The translations under genes were made by a program, and so were the position numbers. From assembly GCA_965227295.1 (NCBI GenBank), contig OZ245742.1, forward strand, positions 5,248,001-5,312,000: a stretch of 64,000 bases of DNA. Reading direction: 5' to 3'. The notes under the pieces were generated by a model. The model was not told the DNA's origin, did not search any database, and saw only the letters and a list, made by a program, of their open reading frames with translations. This document shows positions 1 through 9,836 of the stretch, piece after piece. Numbering within the stretch: the stretch's first letter is position 1; each line of letters starts with the position of its first letter. Origin of the DNA: Leptonemataceae bacterium. Its GTDB lineage: Bacteria > Spirochaetota > Leptospiria > Leptospirales > Leptonemataceae.

Positions 1-181
1 CGCGGCGACCGGCGTCCGCGATCACGGGCGCGACGTTGCGCCACAAAAACGAGGACGTGGGCCAGCCGTGCAGCAACAGCACCGGACGCCCGCTGCCGTA
101 CTCGTGGTAATGGATGCGCAGGCCGTCGACGCTGACATACTTCGATTCGGCGGCGGTTAAGTTCGATAGGGTGTCGTTCAT
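1..181 (-). CDS. Alpha/beta fold hydrolase (haloalkane dehalogenase/epoxide hydrolase-like), 5' part only; runs off window edge
   Basis: Manual translation from ATG at 181: MNDTLSNLTAAESKYVSVDGLRIHYHEYGSGRPVLLLHGWPTSSFLWRNV; HGWP oxyanion motif; AGGAG RBS upstream. Confidence 0.85.
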   Translation of the reverse strand, partial: MNDTLSNLTAAESKYVSVDGLRIHYHEYGSGRPVLLLHGWPTSSFLWRNVAPVIADAGRR

Positions 182-340
182 GATTTCGCTCCTGCCCTGT
201 ATAATGGGGATGACAGTACCGGCCGGGCGTGAAAAGAGGGTCAAACGGAAAGCAGTCCACCACCCTGCCTTCGCGAAAAATATTTCCCGAATGACAAATC
301 CCTTGCTTTGGCGACAAATGATTTGTCATCTTGCATCATC

Positions 341-796
341 ATGAAAAACAATCAGACCAGCGCCCACCGGGATCGCCGCCGGCTCCTGGGCGAACTAACG
401 GGAGAAATCATCCGCACGTACCACGTGTTGCGGCGCATCGAGGAGCGCCTGCACGGCGACGGATCGGCTTCCGAGGCCGAACGAGGGGTGCTCTTCGCGT
501 TGCATGCCGGCCCGCAAACCATGCCGGCGCTGGCCCGGGAGCGATCGCTGACGCGCCAGCGCGTGCAACAAATCGCCGCCGGCCTGGAACGTGACGGCCG
601 CATCGAACGACGGGACAATCCCCTCAGCGAACGTTCGCCGCTCTACGTACTGAGCAAAGCCGGCAACGATTACGTACGATCGATGTTACGCAAAGAACAT
701 CGCCGGTTTCGGGACGTGCTGGGTGAGTCGAGCGTGCGGCGGTTACGAACAACGCTCTCGGTCCTGCGCGAATTGCGCGAGGAGCTGGAAGATTGA
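341..796 (+). CDS. MarR-family transcriptional regulator
   Basis: Winged-HTH pattern (TMPALARERSLTRQRVQQIAAGLERDGRIER); divergent from the hydrolase; ATG at 341 preferred over TTG at 308. Confidence 0.85.
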   Translation: MKNNQTSAHRDRRRLLGELTGEIIRTYHVLRRIEERLHGDGSASEAERGVLFALHAGPQTMPALARERSLTRQRVQQIAAGLERDGRIERRDNPLSERSPLYVLSKAGNDYVRSMLRKEHRRFRDVLGESSVRRLRTTLSVLRELREELED

Positions 797-855
797 AGTA
801 ACTTCTGAAAACCAGGCTTGACCCGGTTTTCCGGCGTGTTATAATACCGTTCGTA

Positions 856-1416
856 ATGTCGGCTCCGGATTTAAGGAATCAAACGCAAGCTCCGTCTCAT
901 GACGGTCGACCGGCCACGGTCACGGAATATTTAGAACTGCCGGACGACGGCCGACGCTACGAACTCATCCAGGGAGTGTTGCGTTTGAGCCCCAGTCCTT
1001 TTCGTCCCCACGGCACCGTCGCCGGACGATTCTTCCGCGTTCTGGATACATATCTGGACGAACATCCCGTCGGCACGGCGGGTATGGAATGTGACGTCAT
1101 ACTCGAAACGGGTGATGTCCTCCGGCCGGATGTTCATTTTGCTTCCGGCCCGCCCATTCGCGGTCACATTCGCCGCGTGCCGGAGTTGGTTGCGGAAGTC
1201 CTGTCCGCATCGACTGCCGAACGGGATCGTGAACTCAAAGGCCGCATCTATCTCCATGCCGGAGTCCGCGAGTTCTGGCTCATAGATCCCGACAAACATA
1301 CACTCGAAGTACGTTACCACGACGAGGGGACCTGGCAGGTGAACCGCGGTGACGAACTGGAATCCCGTGTCCTGCCCGGATTAGTGGTTACGGTCCGGCA
1401 ACTGTTCAAAGAGTGA
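856..1416 (+). CDS. Uma2-family (PD-(D/E)XK) endonuclease-like protein
   Basis: RYELIQG, PDV, ELVAEVLSAST..D...K...Y...GVREFWLIDP motifs. Confidence 0.9.
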   Translation: MSAPDLRNQTQAPSHDGRPATVTEYLELPDDGRRYELIQGVLRLSPSPFRPHGTVAGRFFRVLDTYLDEHPVGTAGMECDVILETGDVLRPDVHFASGPPIRGHIRRVPELVAEVLSASTAERDRELKGRIYLHAGVREFWLIDPDKHTLEVRYHDEGTWQVNRGDELESRVLPGLVVTVRQLFKE

Positions 1417-1459
1417 TACGCAAATCCCGGGTCTACGCCCGCGCATCCACTAACACGCG

Positions 1460-2704
1460 CTACTTCTTCGTCGCGTGGGGGATGTACGTCATCACGGCGG
1501 TGTCGCGGCCCTTCACCGTCAGCGGTTCGCGCTTTTCGAACTCGAAGCCGTCCACGTCTTTCGCGGCCTGGTAGGTGTTCTCGTCGACCAGGACCGTATC
1601 GGCGTGCACCATAAGGCGGGCGGCCAGGTTCACGTTCGTCCCGTGCATGGTGTACTCGCAGCGAACCTCGTTGCCCACCGTACCGCAGAATGCGCGCCCC
1701 GTGGCCACACCGACGGCGGCGTCGTGACCGGAAGCGGCCAGGGCCTGGCGCAGATCCAGCGCCGCGCGAATGCCGCGCACCGGATCATCCTCGTGGACCA
1801 ACGGCGGCAGACCGAAGGCGGCGAGCAGGATCGTGCCTTTCTCGTCCACGCCCAGGCGATTGATGCTGCCCTCGTAACGGTAAATGCATTCCTGCATCAC
1901 GAGCATAATGATCTGCACGACCTGAACCGGAAGGTCCGCGGTGAACTGAAGATTGCGAACTTTGCAAAAGAGCGCGGTGATGGGTCGAAGCTCCCCGCTG
2001 CTGTCCTCGAGGTCACCGACCAGCACGGCCCGCGGAATGTACACGTTGAAGGCCGTGCGCGCGGGTTCGGGAATTTCAATGCGTGACAGTGTCGGCCGAT
2101 CCTCCGGCGGGAGCGGTTGCATGCGGAACTTCTGCGCTGATTGTTTCTCGCCCAGACCGGCATTCTGCAACGAACGCCAGGCCTGCGGAGCGATCATCAC
2201 CTGACCCGGTTCCGCCAGCGTGCCGCCGTGACCGGCCTGGCCCATGGGACTGCCGGCGAAGACGTACTCCCAGCGATCCAGGTATCCGCCGAGATGCAGC
2301 TCATAGAGCGTGCCCGCGCCGACGCCGACGCGCAGCGCCAGGGTTACGTCTTCGTCGATGGGATAATTGTGCAGTTGCTTCTGGATCGTGAGGCCGCAGG
2401 TGGCGGCCATGCGTATCGCGTGGGACAGGCCGGCCGTCGCCGCCGCCGGCCAGATCGCAAACACGGCGTCCCCGGCAAACTTCACGATGTCCCCGCCGCA
2501 CTCGGTGATGATGTTCACGAGCCGGCCGATGTAGATGTCGAGGTAACCGGTGAGTTTTTTGACGCCCTGGCGGGGGTCTTCCCCGGTCAGGCGCTCCGCC
2601 AGGAGCGTGAAGTTCTGCATGTCCGCGAACAGCACGGCCGCGTGGAAGCTGTTGGAAATCGGCTCCTCGGGCGGCTCCGGGTTGCGATCAAGGTAATGCA
2701 GCAA
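1460..2704 (-). CDS. Adenylate/guanylate cyclase with two tandem class III catalytic domains; N-terminus possibly frameshifted
   Basis: VLFADMQNFT, IVKFAGDA, DEKG, GTNVNLAARLM, VKGR motifs; frame stays open upstream to a TGA near 2756-2758 without a good start. Confidence 0.85.
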   Translation of the reverse strand: MLHYLDRNPEPPEEPISNSFHAAVLFADMQNFTLLAERLTGEDPRQGVKKLTGYLDIYIGRLVNIITECGGDIVKFAGDAVFAIWPAAATAGLSHAIRMAATCGLTIQKQLHNYPIDEDVTLALRVGVGAGTLYELHLGGYLDRWEYVFAGSPMGQAGHGGTLAEPGQVMIAPQAWRSLQNAGLGEKQSAQKFRMQPLPPEDRPTLSRIEIPEPARTAFNVYIPRAVLVGDLEDSSGELRPITALFCKVRNLQFTADLPVQVVQIIMLVMQECIYRYEGSINRLGVDEKGTILLAAFGLPPLVHEDDPVRGIRAALDLRQALAASGHDAAVGVATGRAFCGTVGNEVRCEYTMHGTNVNLAARLMVHADTVLVDENTYQAAKDVDGFEFEKREPLTVKGRDTAVMTYIPHATKK

Positions 2705-2882
2705 TCGCTGGGAGACGTATTTGGTCAGATTCTCCAGGGTTCGGATCCGGTCGGGTCACGCCCGAAAGTGTCATTTCAAATGCCGTCGCCGCTGCCGCAA
2801 CGATTTCCAGTCGCGGGAACACGGTGACACTGTTGAGATTATCGGCGCGGGCATGCGCAGAATCGACACGAACTACGGCACT

Positions 2883-4958
2883 TTACCGGGACACCATCTC
2901 CAGATGTTTGCGAATGCGATCCCGGTAGAAACGGGCCGCGGTGTCCTCGGGGTTGTCGTCGAGAACCGCTTCGAACAACCGGCCGGCCTCTTCAAACTGT
3001 TCGGCGTGGGCCAGCTCTACCGCCTCGTGAAACCGCGCACGGTCTTTTATGAGGCGCTGCTTGACGTCGTCCGGGTAACCGTTCAGAACCGAATGAACCG
3101 GAAACGATTGCGTGCGGCCCTTTACGCGCACCCGTCCCAACGTACGATGCAGGATCGCCTCGGTGTTCGTCAGATTCTCCAGGACCGCGTCGCTGATGAT
3201 GATCGCCGAACCGTAGCGGCGGGTCAGGCGTTCCACGCGCGACGCCGTGTTCACCGTATCCGAAATGACCGTGCCCTCCATGCGATTCTCGTGACCGATC
3301 ATGCCGAGCATGATGTCGCCGGTATGAATGCCGACGCCGATGGAGATGGACTCGTAACCCATGGCCGCCCGGTGACGGTTGTAGCGGCGCACCTCTTCCT
3401 GCATCTCCACGGCCGCGCGCACGGCCTGGTCCGGCGGCCCCGGAAACAGCGCCATGATCGCGTCGCCGATGTACTTGTCCACGAAGCCGCCGTGGGAGTT
3501 AACGATGGGCGTCATGCGCTTAAGGTACGAATTGAGAAAGTTAAAGTTCTGCGCCGGGGACATCTGCTCGGACATCACCGTGAACGAACGAATGTCGGTG
3601 AACATCACCGTCATGCGGCGCTCCACCTGATCGCCCAACTGCACCTCGGTGATGTCGTGTTTGCCGAGGATGTCCAGAAACTCCGTGGGCACGAAGCGGG
3701 CCAGCGACCGGTTCGTATCGCGCAGGTTCGCGGAAAGCCGGCTCACGGACTCGTAGGCGTTCGCGAAGAGCCGGGCCAGCAGATACGACTGCGCCAGAAT
3801 GAAAATCAACAGGCCGAACTGAAACAGCGGGCCCACCGGAGAGATGAGGCGAAAGTAGAGTATGTCGTTGACCGCGGCCCCGCAGGCGACGAGTCCGCCG
3901 AGCAGCGAAGCAAGCGCCCCGCCCCGCCGGTGATACAAAGCCACGCTCCAGATGATGATGCTGCCGACCACGGAAAGCGCCGTGCTCAACTGAAACCAGG
4001 TCAATATGCTCGCGAACACCAACGGCGGCGTAACCAGAATGAACACGGAAGAAACGACGGCGATTGTCAGCAACGGAACGAGCACGAAGCGTACGCCTCG
4101 AAAGGGATACGTAACGCCCAGAAACAAAGCGAAGAGCGGCCCCGCGACAATGAACGAGATGTACTCGACGCGCGCCTGCCAGGCGTAGGTCAGTCCCGGT
4201 AGATAGTTCAGGACGAGCACCTCGTTCGTAAACAGGATGCGCAGTACGTAACTGAAACAAAACGCGGCGAAGACCAGGGCCGGCCGGTCCGCGGGACGGT
4301 TCAGAAAGAGGCCGAGGTGATACAACGCCATCGCCAGGATGACACCAAGGGCTACGATGTTTCCGAACAACGCCTCCTCGCGCGCGGCCTCCACGGCCCC
4401 GGCCGGACCGAAGAGCGGCGCCCGCCGCAGACCGCCCGTGGGATACGTATAGTTCGCCACCTGGATGGCCAGCACGAACTCCGGCACCTCCGCTTTTTCC
4501 GCCGCGGGGAACGTACCGAGGGACACGTAACGCGTGCGCACGTCGGGATAATACTCCACGGCATCGGCGGAGACCCGGCCGAGGCCGGCGACGTCCCGCC
4601 CGTTCACAAAGATACGATTGCTAGAACTTACGGCGGATAGAAAGACTCCCGCCTGCTCGCCGCGCCAGGACTCCGGCACCTGCACGCGAGCGACGTACGT
4701 GCCGTAACCGATCGCGGGAATTTCCGAATCGTCCCACAGGAGCGGAGCCGGAACGACGACTTCGCCCGTGCAATCGGCGCCCGTGCAGAGCTGCGACGGA
4801 TAGTAGGCCCAACCCTGCTTGAGCTGTACCGGCGCGGGGTTTTCGGGCAGATGAATCAACGCGCCGGTGCTTTCGGCGACGGCCGCCGGCGGACGACAGG
4901 CAGACAACGCCGGCAACACAAGCGCCATCAAGAGAGGAATGATCAGTCGGGGACGCAA
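2883..4958 (-). CDS. 7TM-DISM-type membrane sensor fused to class III adenylate/guanylate cyclase
   Basis: Signal peptide, sugar-binding-like extracellular domain, 7 hydrophobic helices, FTDIRSFT, DKYIGDAIMALF, DTVNTASRVE. Confidence 0.9.
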   Translation of the reverse strand: MRPRLIIPLLMALVLPALSACRPPAAVAESTGALIHLPENPAPVQLKQGWAYYPSQLCTGADCTGEVVVPAPLLWDDSEIPAIGYGTYVARVQVPESWRGEQAGVFLSAVSSSNRIFVNGRDVAGLGRVSADAVEYYPDVRTRYVSLGTFPAAEKAEVPEFVLAIQVANYTYPTGGLRRAPLFGPAGAVEAAREEALFGNIVALGVILAMALYHLGLFLNRPADRPALVFAAFCFSYVLRILFTNEVLVLNYLPGLTYAWQARVEYISFIVAGPLFALFLGVTYPFRGVRFVLVPLLTIAVVSSVFILVTPPLVFASILTWFQLSTALSVVGSIIIWSVALYHRRGGALASLLGGLVACGAAVNDILYFRLISPVGPLFQFGLLIFILAQSYLLARLFANAYESVSRLSANLRDTNRSLARFVPTEFLDILGKHDITEVQLGDQVERRMTVMFTDIRSFTVMSEQMSPAQNFNFLNSYLKRMTPIVNSHGGFVDKYIGDAIMALFPGPPDQAVRAAVEMQEEVRRYNRHRAAMGYESISIGVGIHTGDIMLGMIGHENRMEGTVISDTVNTASRVERLTRRYGSAIIISDAVLENLTNTEAILHRTLGRVRVKGRTQSFPVHSVLNGYPDDVKQRLIKDRARFHEAVELAHAEQFEEAGRLFEAVLDDNPEDTAARFYRDRIRKHLEMVSR

Positions 4959-5057
4959 GATTCGATGCTGTTCGGCGGTCAGGCGGGCGTCAAATCACTT
5001 TTGTCCGCCGGTTAAATGACTCTAACCGAAAACTAACAGTCTTCGACGCGCGTATGT

Positions 5058-5498
5058 TCACATGGACTGCATGAGCAACGTCTTCGCTTTTGCGTACTTC
5101 AACGAGATGCGATGCTGGTCTTCGGCCGGCAGATACTGCAATCGCCGCGGATCGGAGTTGTCCATGATGTCGGCCCACTTCACCGGAATGGCGATGGCGT
5201 TACCGGATTCGACGATGCGCTGAAGGTACTCGTCGTGGGGCTCGCCTTCGCGTTTCGTCAGCACCTCCACGGCACCGATGACCCGGGACGGACATCCGCG
5301 AGCGCGCAAATCTTCAATGGTAAGCTCCGTGTCTTCGATGGTGTCGTGAAGCACGGCGGCCATCTTCTGGTGAATGCCGGTTACGTTTTCCATGACCCGC
5401 AGCGGGTGAAAGATGTACGGGAAACCGGCCTTGTCCGTCTGGCCGCGGTGGGCCTCCGCCGCGATCTGTATGGCTGTTTCAATCGTGAAGTCTCTCAT
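5058..5498 (-). CDS. Stand-alone HD-domain protein, RelA/SpoT hydrolase-like (Mesh1/small alarmone hydrolase-like)
   Basis: AHRGQTDKAGFPYIFHP, LHDTIEDT, VKWADIMDN. Confidence 0.8.
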   Translation of the reverse strand: MRDFTIETAIQIAAEAHRGQTDKAGFPYIFHPLRVMENVTGIHQKMAAVLHDTIEDTELTIEDLRARGCPSRVIGAVEVLTKREGEPHDEYLQRIVESGNAIAIPVKWADIMDNSDPRRLQYLPAEDQHRISLKYAKAKTLLMQSM

Positions 5499-5531
5499 AT
5501 TGTTCTAAGAGTACGCGCCGCCGACGGATTT

Positions 5532-6311
5532 CTATGCCTTGCCGAGCAAACGATCCACCGGCTTGCTCATGAGTCCCAGCACGAAGCCCGGCGCCACGCG
5601 ACTCATGAAATGCAACTGGCCGGACTGGCCGGGACGAATCTCGAAGTTGTTTTTCTCGAAGCCTTTCATGGCAACGTCGACCATTTTGTCGAGGGGCATG
5701 ATCGCAGCGCCTTCCATGTCTTTGTCGTCGAAGGTGTCCAGAAGTTCCGTGGCCGTTGCCGGAGGCGCCAGTTCAAAGACCCGCACGCCGGTGTGTTTGA
5801 GCTGCACGCGCAACGACAATGTATACGAATGCAGGGCGGCCTTTGTGGCGCAGTAGACCGGAGAAATCGGCAGCGGTACGAAGGCCAGGCCGGAGGATAC
5901 GTTTACGATGGCGGCGTCGCCGTTCTTTTTGAGCAACGGCAGAAATCGATCCACCATCCAGATGGGCCCTTTAAGATTGATGTCGATCTCGCTCGTGAGC
6001 TGAACGGCCTTGCCCCCGCTCTTGTGCAGGTTGATGGAACGCATGACCCCGGCGTTGTTGATGAGCACGTTGAGCCGCGGAAACTTCTTCTCGACGGTCT
6101 TGTAGAGTTTATCGACGGCCTTCGGATCGGAAACGTCGCTCTGGATCGTTTGCAGTCCCGGTAGTTTCGCCGCGGCCTCTTTGAGTTTCTTCGCGTTACG
6201 CCCGGTTACGATAACCTGATTGTTGCCGGCCTCGATAAAGCGCTGCGCCAGTTCCAGGCCAATGCCCCCGGAACCGCCGGTAATTAAGACTGTGTTGCCC
6301 GTAAGTTTCAT
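5532..6311 (-). CDS. Short-chain dehydrogenase/reductase (DltE-like)
   Basis: TGGSGGIG, NNAG, YCATK motifs; start MKLTGNTVLIT at 6311. Confidence 0.9.
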   Translation of the reverse strand: MKLTGNTVLITGGSGGIGLELAQRFIEAGNNQVIVTGRNAKKLKEAAAKLPGLQTIQSDVSDPKAVDKLYKTVEKKFPRLNVLINNAGVMRSINLHKSGGKAVQLTSEIDINLKGPIWMVDRFLPLLKKNGDAAIVNVSSGLAFVPLPISPVYCATKAALHSYTLSLRVQLKHTGVRVFELAPPATATELLDTFDDKDMEGAAIMPLDKMVDVAMKGFEKNNFEIRPGQSGQLHFMSRVAPGFVLGLMSKPVDRLLGKA

Positions 6312-6450
6312 GCGGAGCCCCCGAGGTGTGTTGGATGCACCGATGCTGGTCGACACCGCCGGGCGCTGCAAGTGAAATTCACGGTTATTTTCCCTGCATC
6401 GAGCGAACAAAAAGAACTGACATTCGCCGAACGCCGTCCAACATCGTGTT

Positions 6451-7044
6451 ATGGAAATCATCTATCTCGTGCTCATGATCTTCTCCGAAGGCAATCTCCA
6501 GAGCATCAGCATCGACGCCTGGCATACTTACAAGGGCGCCCCGGCAGCCGTCGCCGACCGGAGTTGCGACGAGGCCATCCGCAATTCCGGTTTTCAGGCG
6601 CACGTCGCGGCCAAACTTCCGGAAGGCGCCGAGGCCCGCCTCGCCTGCCGCACGTTCTCCGAACTGAGCGATCTCGCGGCCACCGTGGAAACGGCGCAGA
6701 GTCTCCAGGTTTTTTCGAAGAACGATTTCGCCGACCGTCCGGAGACCCTGAGCGGCAAACTCATCCACAAACCCTACGATCCGCACCGTAAGTCCGGCGA
6801 GGCCTACCTGGGCCAGGAATTTTTTCTCGAAATCGAAGGGCGCGGCCGCGTGGCGTTGTATCCGACGGAATCCGTGGATAAGCAGGCGCTACTTAAGTTA
6901 AAAAACAAGAAAGTTAAGGTCCGCGGAAAATTCGTCGATCGCACGCCGAAAGTGGATCCGAACATGCCCGTGCAGTATCCCATCGGCGAAGACGGCGGCC
7001 CCCTGAAGCGCGTCGGTTACGAGGTGCTGGAGATTCTTCCGTAG
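6451..7044 (+). CDS. Hypothetical protein, possible OB-fold-like C-terminal half
   Basis: Host-like codon usage; stop overlaps the next start. Confidence 0.6.
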   Translation: MEIIYLVLMIFSEGNLQSISIDAWHTYKGAPAAVADRSCDEAIRNSGFQAHVAAKLPEGAEARLACRTFSELSDLAATVETAQSLQVFSKNDFADRPETLSGKLIHKPYDPHRKSGEAYLGQEFFLEIEGRGRVALYPTESVDKQALLKLKNKKVKVRGKFVDRTPKVDPNMPVQYPIGEDGGPLKRVGYEVLEILP

Positions 7045-8672
7045 TGTTTTCGTCGCGACGTTTTGCACTGACCGTCGGACTGGGCCTGCTCGCCGCCGCG
7101 CTCTGGGCCGAAAGCGACGGCGCCTCCAAATGGGAGGCCATCAAACGCACGAGCGATCTCATCGAACAAAAGCAGTTCGATGCCGCGCTCAATAACGCCC
7201 GGGAGGCAAACCGCAAGTTTCCCGACGACGCCGACGTGCAACAGAGCCTGGCCTTCGCGAACATCAAACGCGGCGAAGTCGAAGCCCAGGCGAAGCGTTA
7301 CGACGCCGCGTTGCCGTACTACAAGAGCGCCTACGATCTCAAGCCGGGCACCGACTGGATCCTCTTCAACTACGCCATCGCGCTCAGCAACGCGCAGCAG
7401 TACGAACAGGCCGTCACGATCTACGCAAAGGGTGTCGCCGAACACCCCGACCACGAATCCATGCGGCGCAACTACGTATGGACGTTATTCTATCGCGCAC
7501 AGGAAGTACGCGGGGAAGATCCTGAGCGTCACGCCGAACTGGCGGCCCGGGCCTACACCATCGATCCGCAGCATCGCGGCGCCTTACAGATCTACGGCGA
7601 AAGCCTGCTCGATCAGGGCGACGAAGCATCGTTGCGCAAGGCCCTTGAAGTCTTAGGTTCCGGCTATCGTAAGTTTCCGGAATCCCGGGCGTTCTGCCGG
7701 CCGCTGTCCCTGGCGTACCGGGACCTGGTGGAGCGTTTGCATCTCAAGGGCGATTCGATCGGCGCGCAAAAGATCGCCGCCGGCATTGCGAACGAAATCC
7801 GCGGCGAACCGCGCTGCGATCGTTCGCTGTTGATCGCCCTGGGCACAACGCACGCCATGATCGGCGCCTTCGAGACAGTCATTCCCGAACTGGAACGCCT
7901 GGCGGCGAAGCATCCGCAGCACTCCATCTACGCCGAAGAGGCGGGCTCGCACATGCATCGCTACGCCGTGCGCCTGCGCACCACCGGACAGGCGGAGCGC
8001 GCGAAACAAATGCGCGCGAAGGCGAATGTACACTTGCGCAAGGCCATGGACGTCTACGAACGCAATCATCCAGATCGCCCGGTGCTCAAGTCCGCGGTGC
8101 GTTTCCCGCTCGACGATCCCACGCTGGTGATCGCTTCGTTCGATACCGGCGGCACCCACAGCGGCTACGGCAAGTACTGTTACGACTTCGTGGGCGTGGA
8201 TGAGCGCGGCTCGCAGATTCGTCCGAACAGCGACGGCAAACGGAACGCACACTACTACGGCTTCGGCGCGGCGGTGCGGGCGGTGCGCGACGGCGTCGTC
8301 GACGTGAGCGACGACGGCGATCCGGACCCGGCCCCCGGCAGCGTTCAGTACGAAACGGACGGCAACTATGTTCGCGTGGACCACGGCGACGGCAGCTACG
8401 GCTGGTATGTCCACCTTAAGAACGGCAGCGTGAAAGTTAAGCAAGGCCAGCGCGTGCGGGCCGGAGACAAACTCGGCGAGTTGGGCAACTCCGGCATGAG
8501 CGTGAGCCCGCATTTACATTTCTGCATCGTAACAGACGACTACGTGTCGTTGCGCTTCGGTTTCGAGGAACTTCGCGTGCAGAAAGAGATCGGCGCGCCG
8601 GTGGAAACTTCGACGGAGCCGCCGGTGCAGGGCTGGATCATCGCACGCGAATCCGCACCGGGACCGCGGTAG
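7044..8672 (+). CDS. Exported TPR-repeat protein with C-terminal M23 peptidase domain
   Basis: Signal peptide, TPR helices, GNYVRVDHG..YVHLKNGS..V..G..LG..GNSG.S..PHLHF. Confidence 0.85.
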   Translation: MFSSRRFALTVGLGLLAAALWAESDGASKWEAIKRTSDLIEQKQFDAALNNAREANRKFPDDADVQQSLAFANIKRGEVEAQAKRYDAALPYYKSAYDLKPGTDWILFNYAIALSNAQQYEQAVTIYAKGVAEHPDHESMRRNYVWTLFYRAQEVRGEDPERHAELAARAYTIDPQHRGALQIYGESLLDQGDEASLRKALEVLGSGYRKFPESRAFCRPLSLAYRDLVERLHLKGDSIGAQKIAAGIANEIRGEPRCDRSLLIALGTTHAMIGAFETVIPELERLAAKHPQHSIYAEEAGSHMHRYAVRLRTTGQAERAKQMRAKANVHLRKAMDVYERNHPDRPVLKSAVRFPLDDPTLVIASFDTGGTHSGYGKYCYDFVGVDERGSQIRPNSDGKRNAHYYGFGAAVRAVRDGVVDVSDDGDPDPAPGSVQYETDGNYVRVDHGDGSYGWYVHLKNGSVKVKQGQRVRAGDKLGELGNSGMSVSPHLHFCIVTDDYVSLRFGFEELRVQKEIGAPVETSTEPPVQGWIIARESAPGPR

Positions 8673-8679
8673 CAATGCT

Positions 8680-9135
8680 TCAGTCCAGCGGCAGAGCCGT
8701 GCGAATGAGGCGTTCATAGCGCGCCGTGTTCCGGCCGAGACCTTTCAAATGATAAAAGTCCTGTAGAATCTGCCCCTGTTGTTCGTAGTGAAAATCGAGC
8801 AACTGCTCGTGTTCGTCCAGGCTGTACTCGTAGACCCGACCCCATCGGTACACGTGTTCGGCGCCGGCTTTGAGGAAGTGGTAGGCCTTCAGGTTCTGAA
8901 ACTGCCAGACGTGCATGATCTCGTGGACCAGCACGGCGGCGATTCTTACCGGGGCCGCCGCGAAGTCCTCACAGTACAGCCGCGGATTCCAGTAGACGGT
9001 GTCCTGTAACGTAACCGCGCCGGCGAGTGCGGCGATCAACGCGCTGCGCCTCATGCCGACGATTTCGTAGCGTACCTGATCCCCGTAGATGGGCCGCAGT
9101 AACTGTATTTCGCCGGTAGTTAGTGGTCGTTTCAT
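8680..9135 (-). CDS. Small HExxH zinc-metallopeptidase-like protein (DUF4157/Vgr-related-like)
   Basis: RPLTTGE N-terminus, VHEIMHVWQFQ, EQQG motif. Confidence 0.7.
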   Translation of the reverse strand: MKRPLTTGEIQLLRPIYGDQVRYEIVGMRRSALIAALAGAVTLQDTVYWNPRLYCEDFAAAPVRIAAVLVHEIMHVWQFQNLKAYHFLKAGAEHVYRWGRVYEYSLDEHEQLLDFHYEQQGQILQDFYHLKGLGRNTARYERLIRTALPLD

Positions 9136-9710
9136 TGCACTTCGCGCAGTGCCCAGAATTCCTGCGGTTCCCCGGAGTCCGCCAGCAAACCGGGCACGGT
9201 CCCGTCACGCCCCGTGCAGTATGCCATGGTATACGTCACGGTTTTATCGATGTCCTTCGGCAGGCTGCGCGTACCACTGCAGTCCGTTGTGGTACCGTCA
9301 TCCAGGGCCATGGCGGGTTCCAGGAGGGACTCCTCGCGTACGAACTCTCGCAGGTCGAGGCGGACCCGCAGGCCGTCCACGACGAAGCTGCCGCTCTCGG
9401 TCTCCGTAAACTCCACGGCGCAGAGCCCGTCATCACCGCCGCCGCCGTGATCGAGAGACGTGAAAATCCGCCGCACCTCAGCGTCCCCAAACGTCACCAC
9501 GTGCTCATACTCAGAGTAAGTGATTCCGGTGCAACCCGCTCCGACCGAAAAGAGTCGATTCGTAAGATGAAACGGTTCACGTGCCGGAATGATTTCACCG
9601 TCCAGGTCATGAGCGGAATCCGGCCGATCTTCGACATCACGATTGTGACCCTCAACGCAGGCCGAAAGAACGTGAGTGAGTGCGATGATTGCGAACAGAA
9701 TTCGATGCAT
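9132..9710 (-). CDS. Hypothetical lipoprotein
   Basis: Hydrophobic N-terminus with LSAC lipobox; ATGA overlap with the downstream gene. Confidence 0.65.
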   Translation of the reverse strand: MHRILFAIIALTHVLSACVEGHNRDVEDRPDSAHDLDGEIIPAREPFHLTNRLFSVGAGCTGITYSEYEHVVTFGDAEVRRIFTSLDHGGGGDDGLCAVEFTETESGSFVVDGLRVRLDLREFVREESLLEPAMALDDGTTTDCSGTRSLPKDIDKTVTYTMAYCTGRDGTVPGLLADSGEPQEFWALREVQ

Positions 9711-9836
9711 GCCGCAGCATACAGGTTACGCCGGACAATCGTCCAGCACTTCCACACAGCAGGATCATTCAAAATCGCACACGCTCATCATACAATTCCC
9801 CCTTGCCTCTCACCGCGCCCGCGCTGAAATCGACGC

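Noticed and set aside
856..1416. Uma2 protein as an anti-phage defence system
   Set aside because: It is a solitary member of a commonly expanded family, with no partner methylase, ATPase or other defence genes nearby.
2721..4202. Long antisense ORFs (also 5112-6164, 13105-14535, 33879-34910, 37128-38336 and the same-strand alternative frame 52653-54407)
   Set aside because: These are shadow ORFs of well-supported genes, as expected in high-GC DNA.
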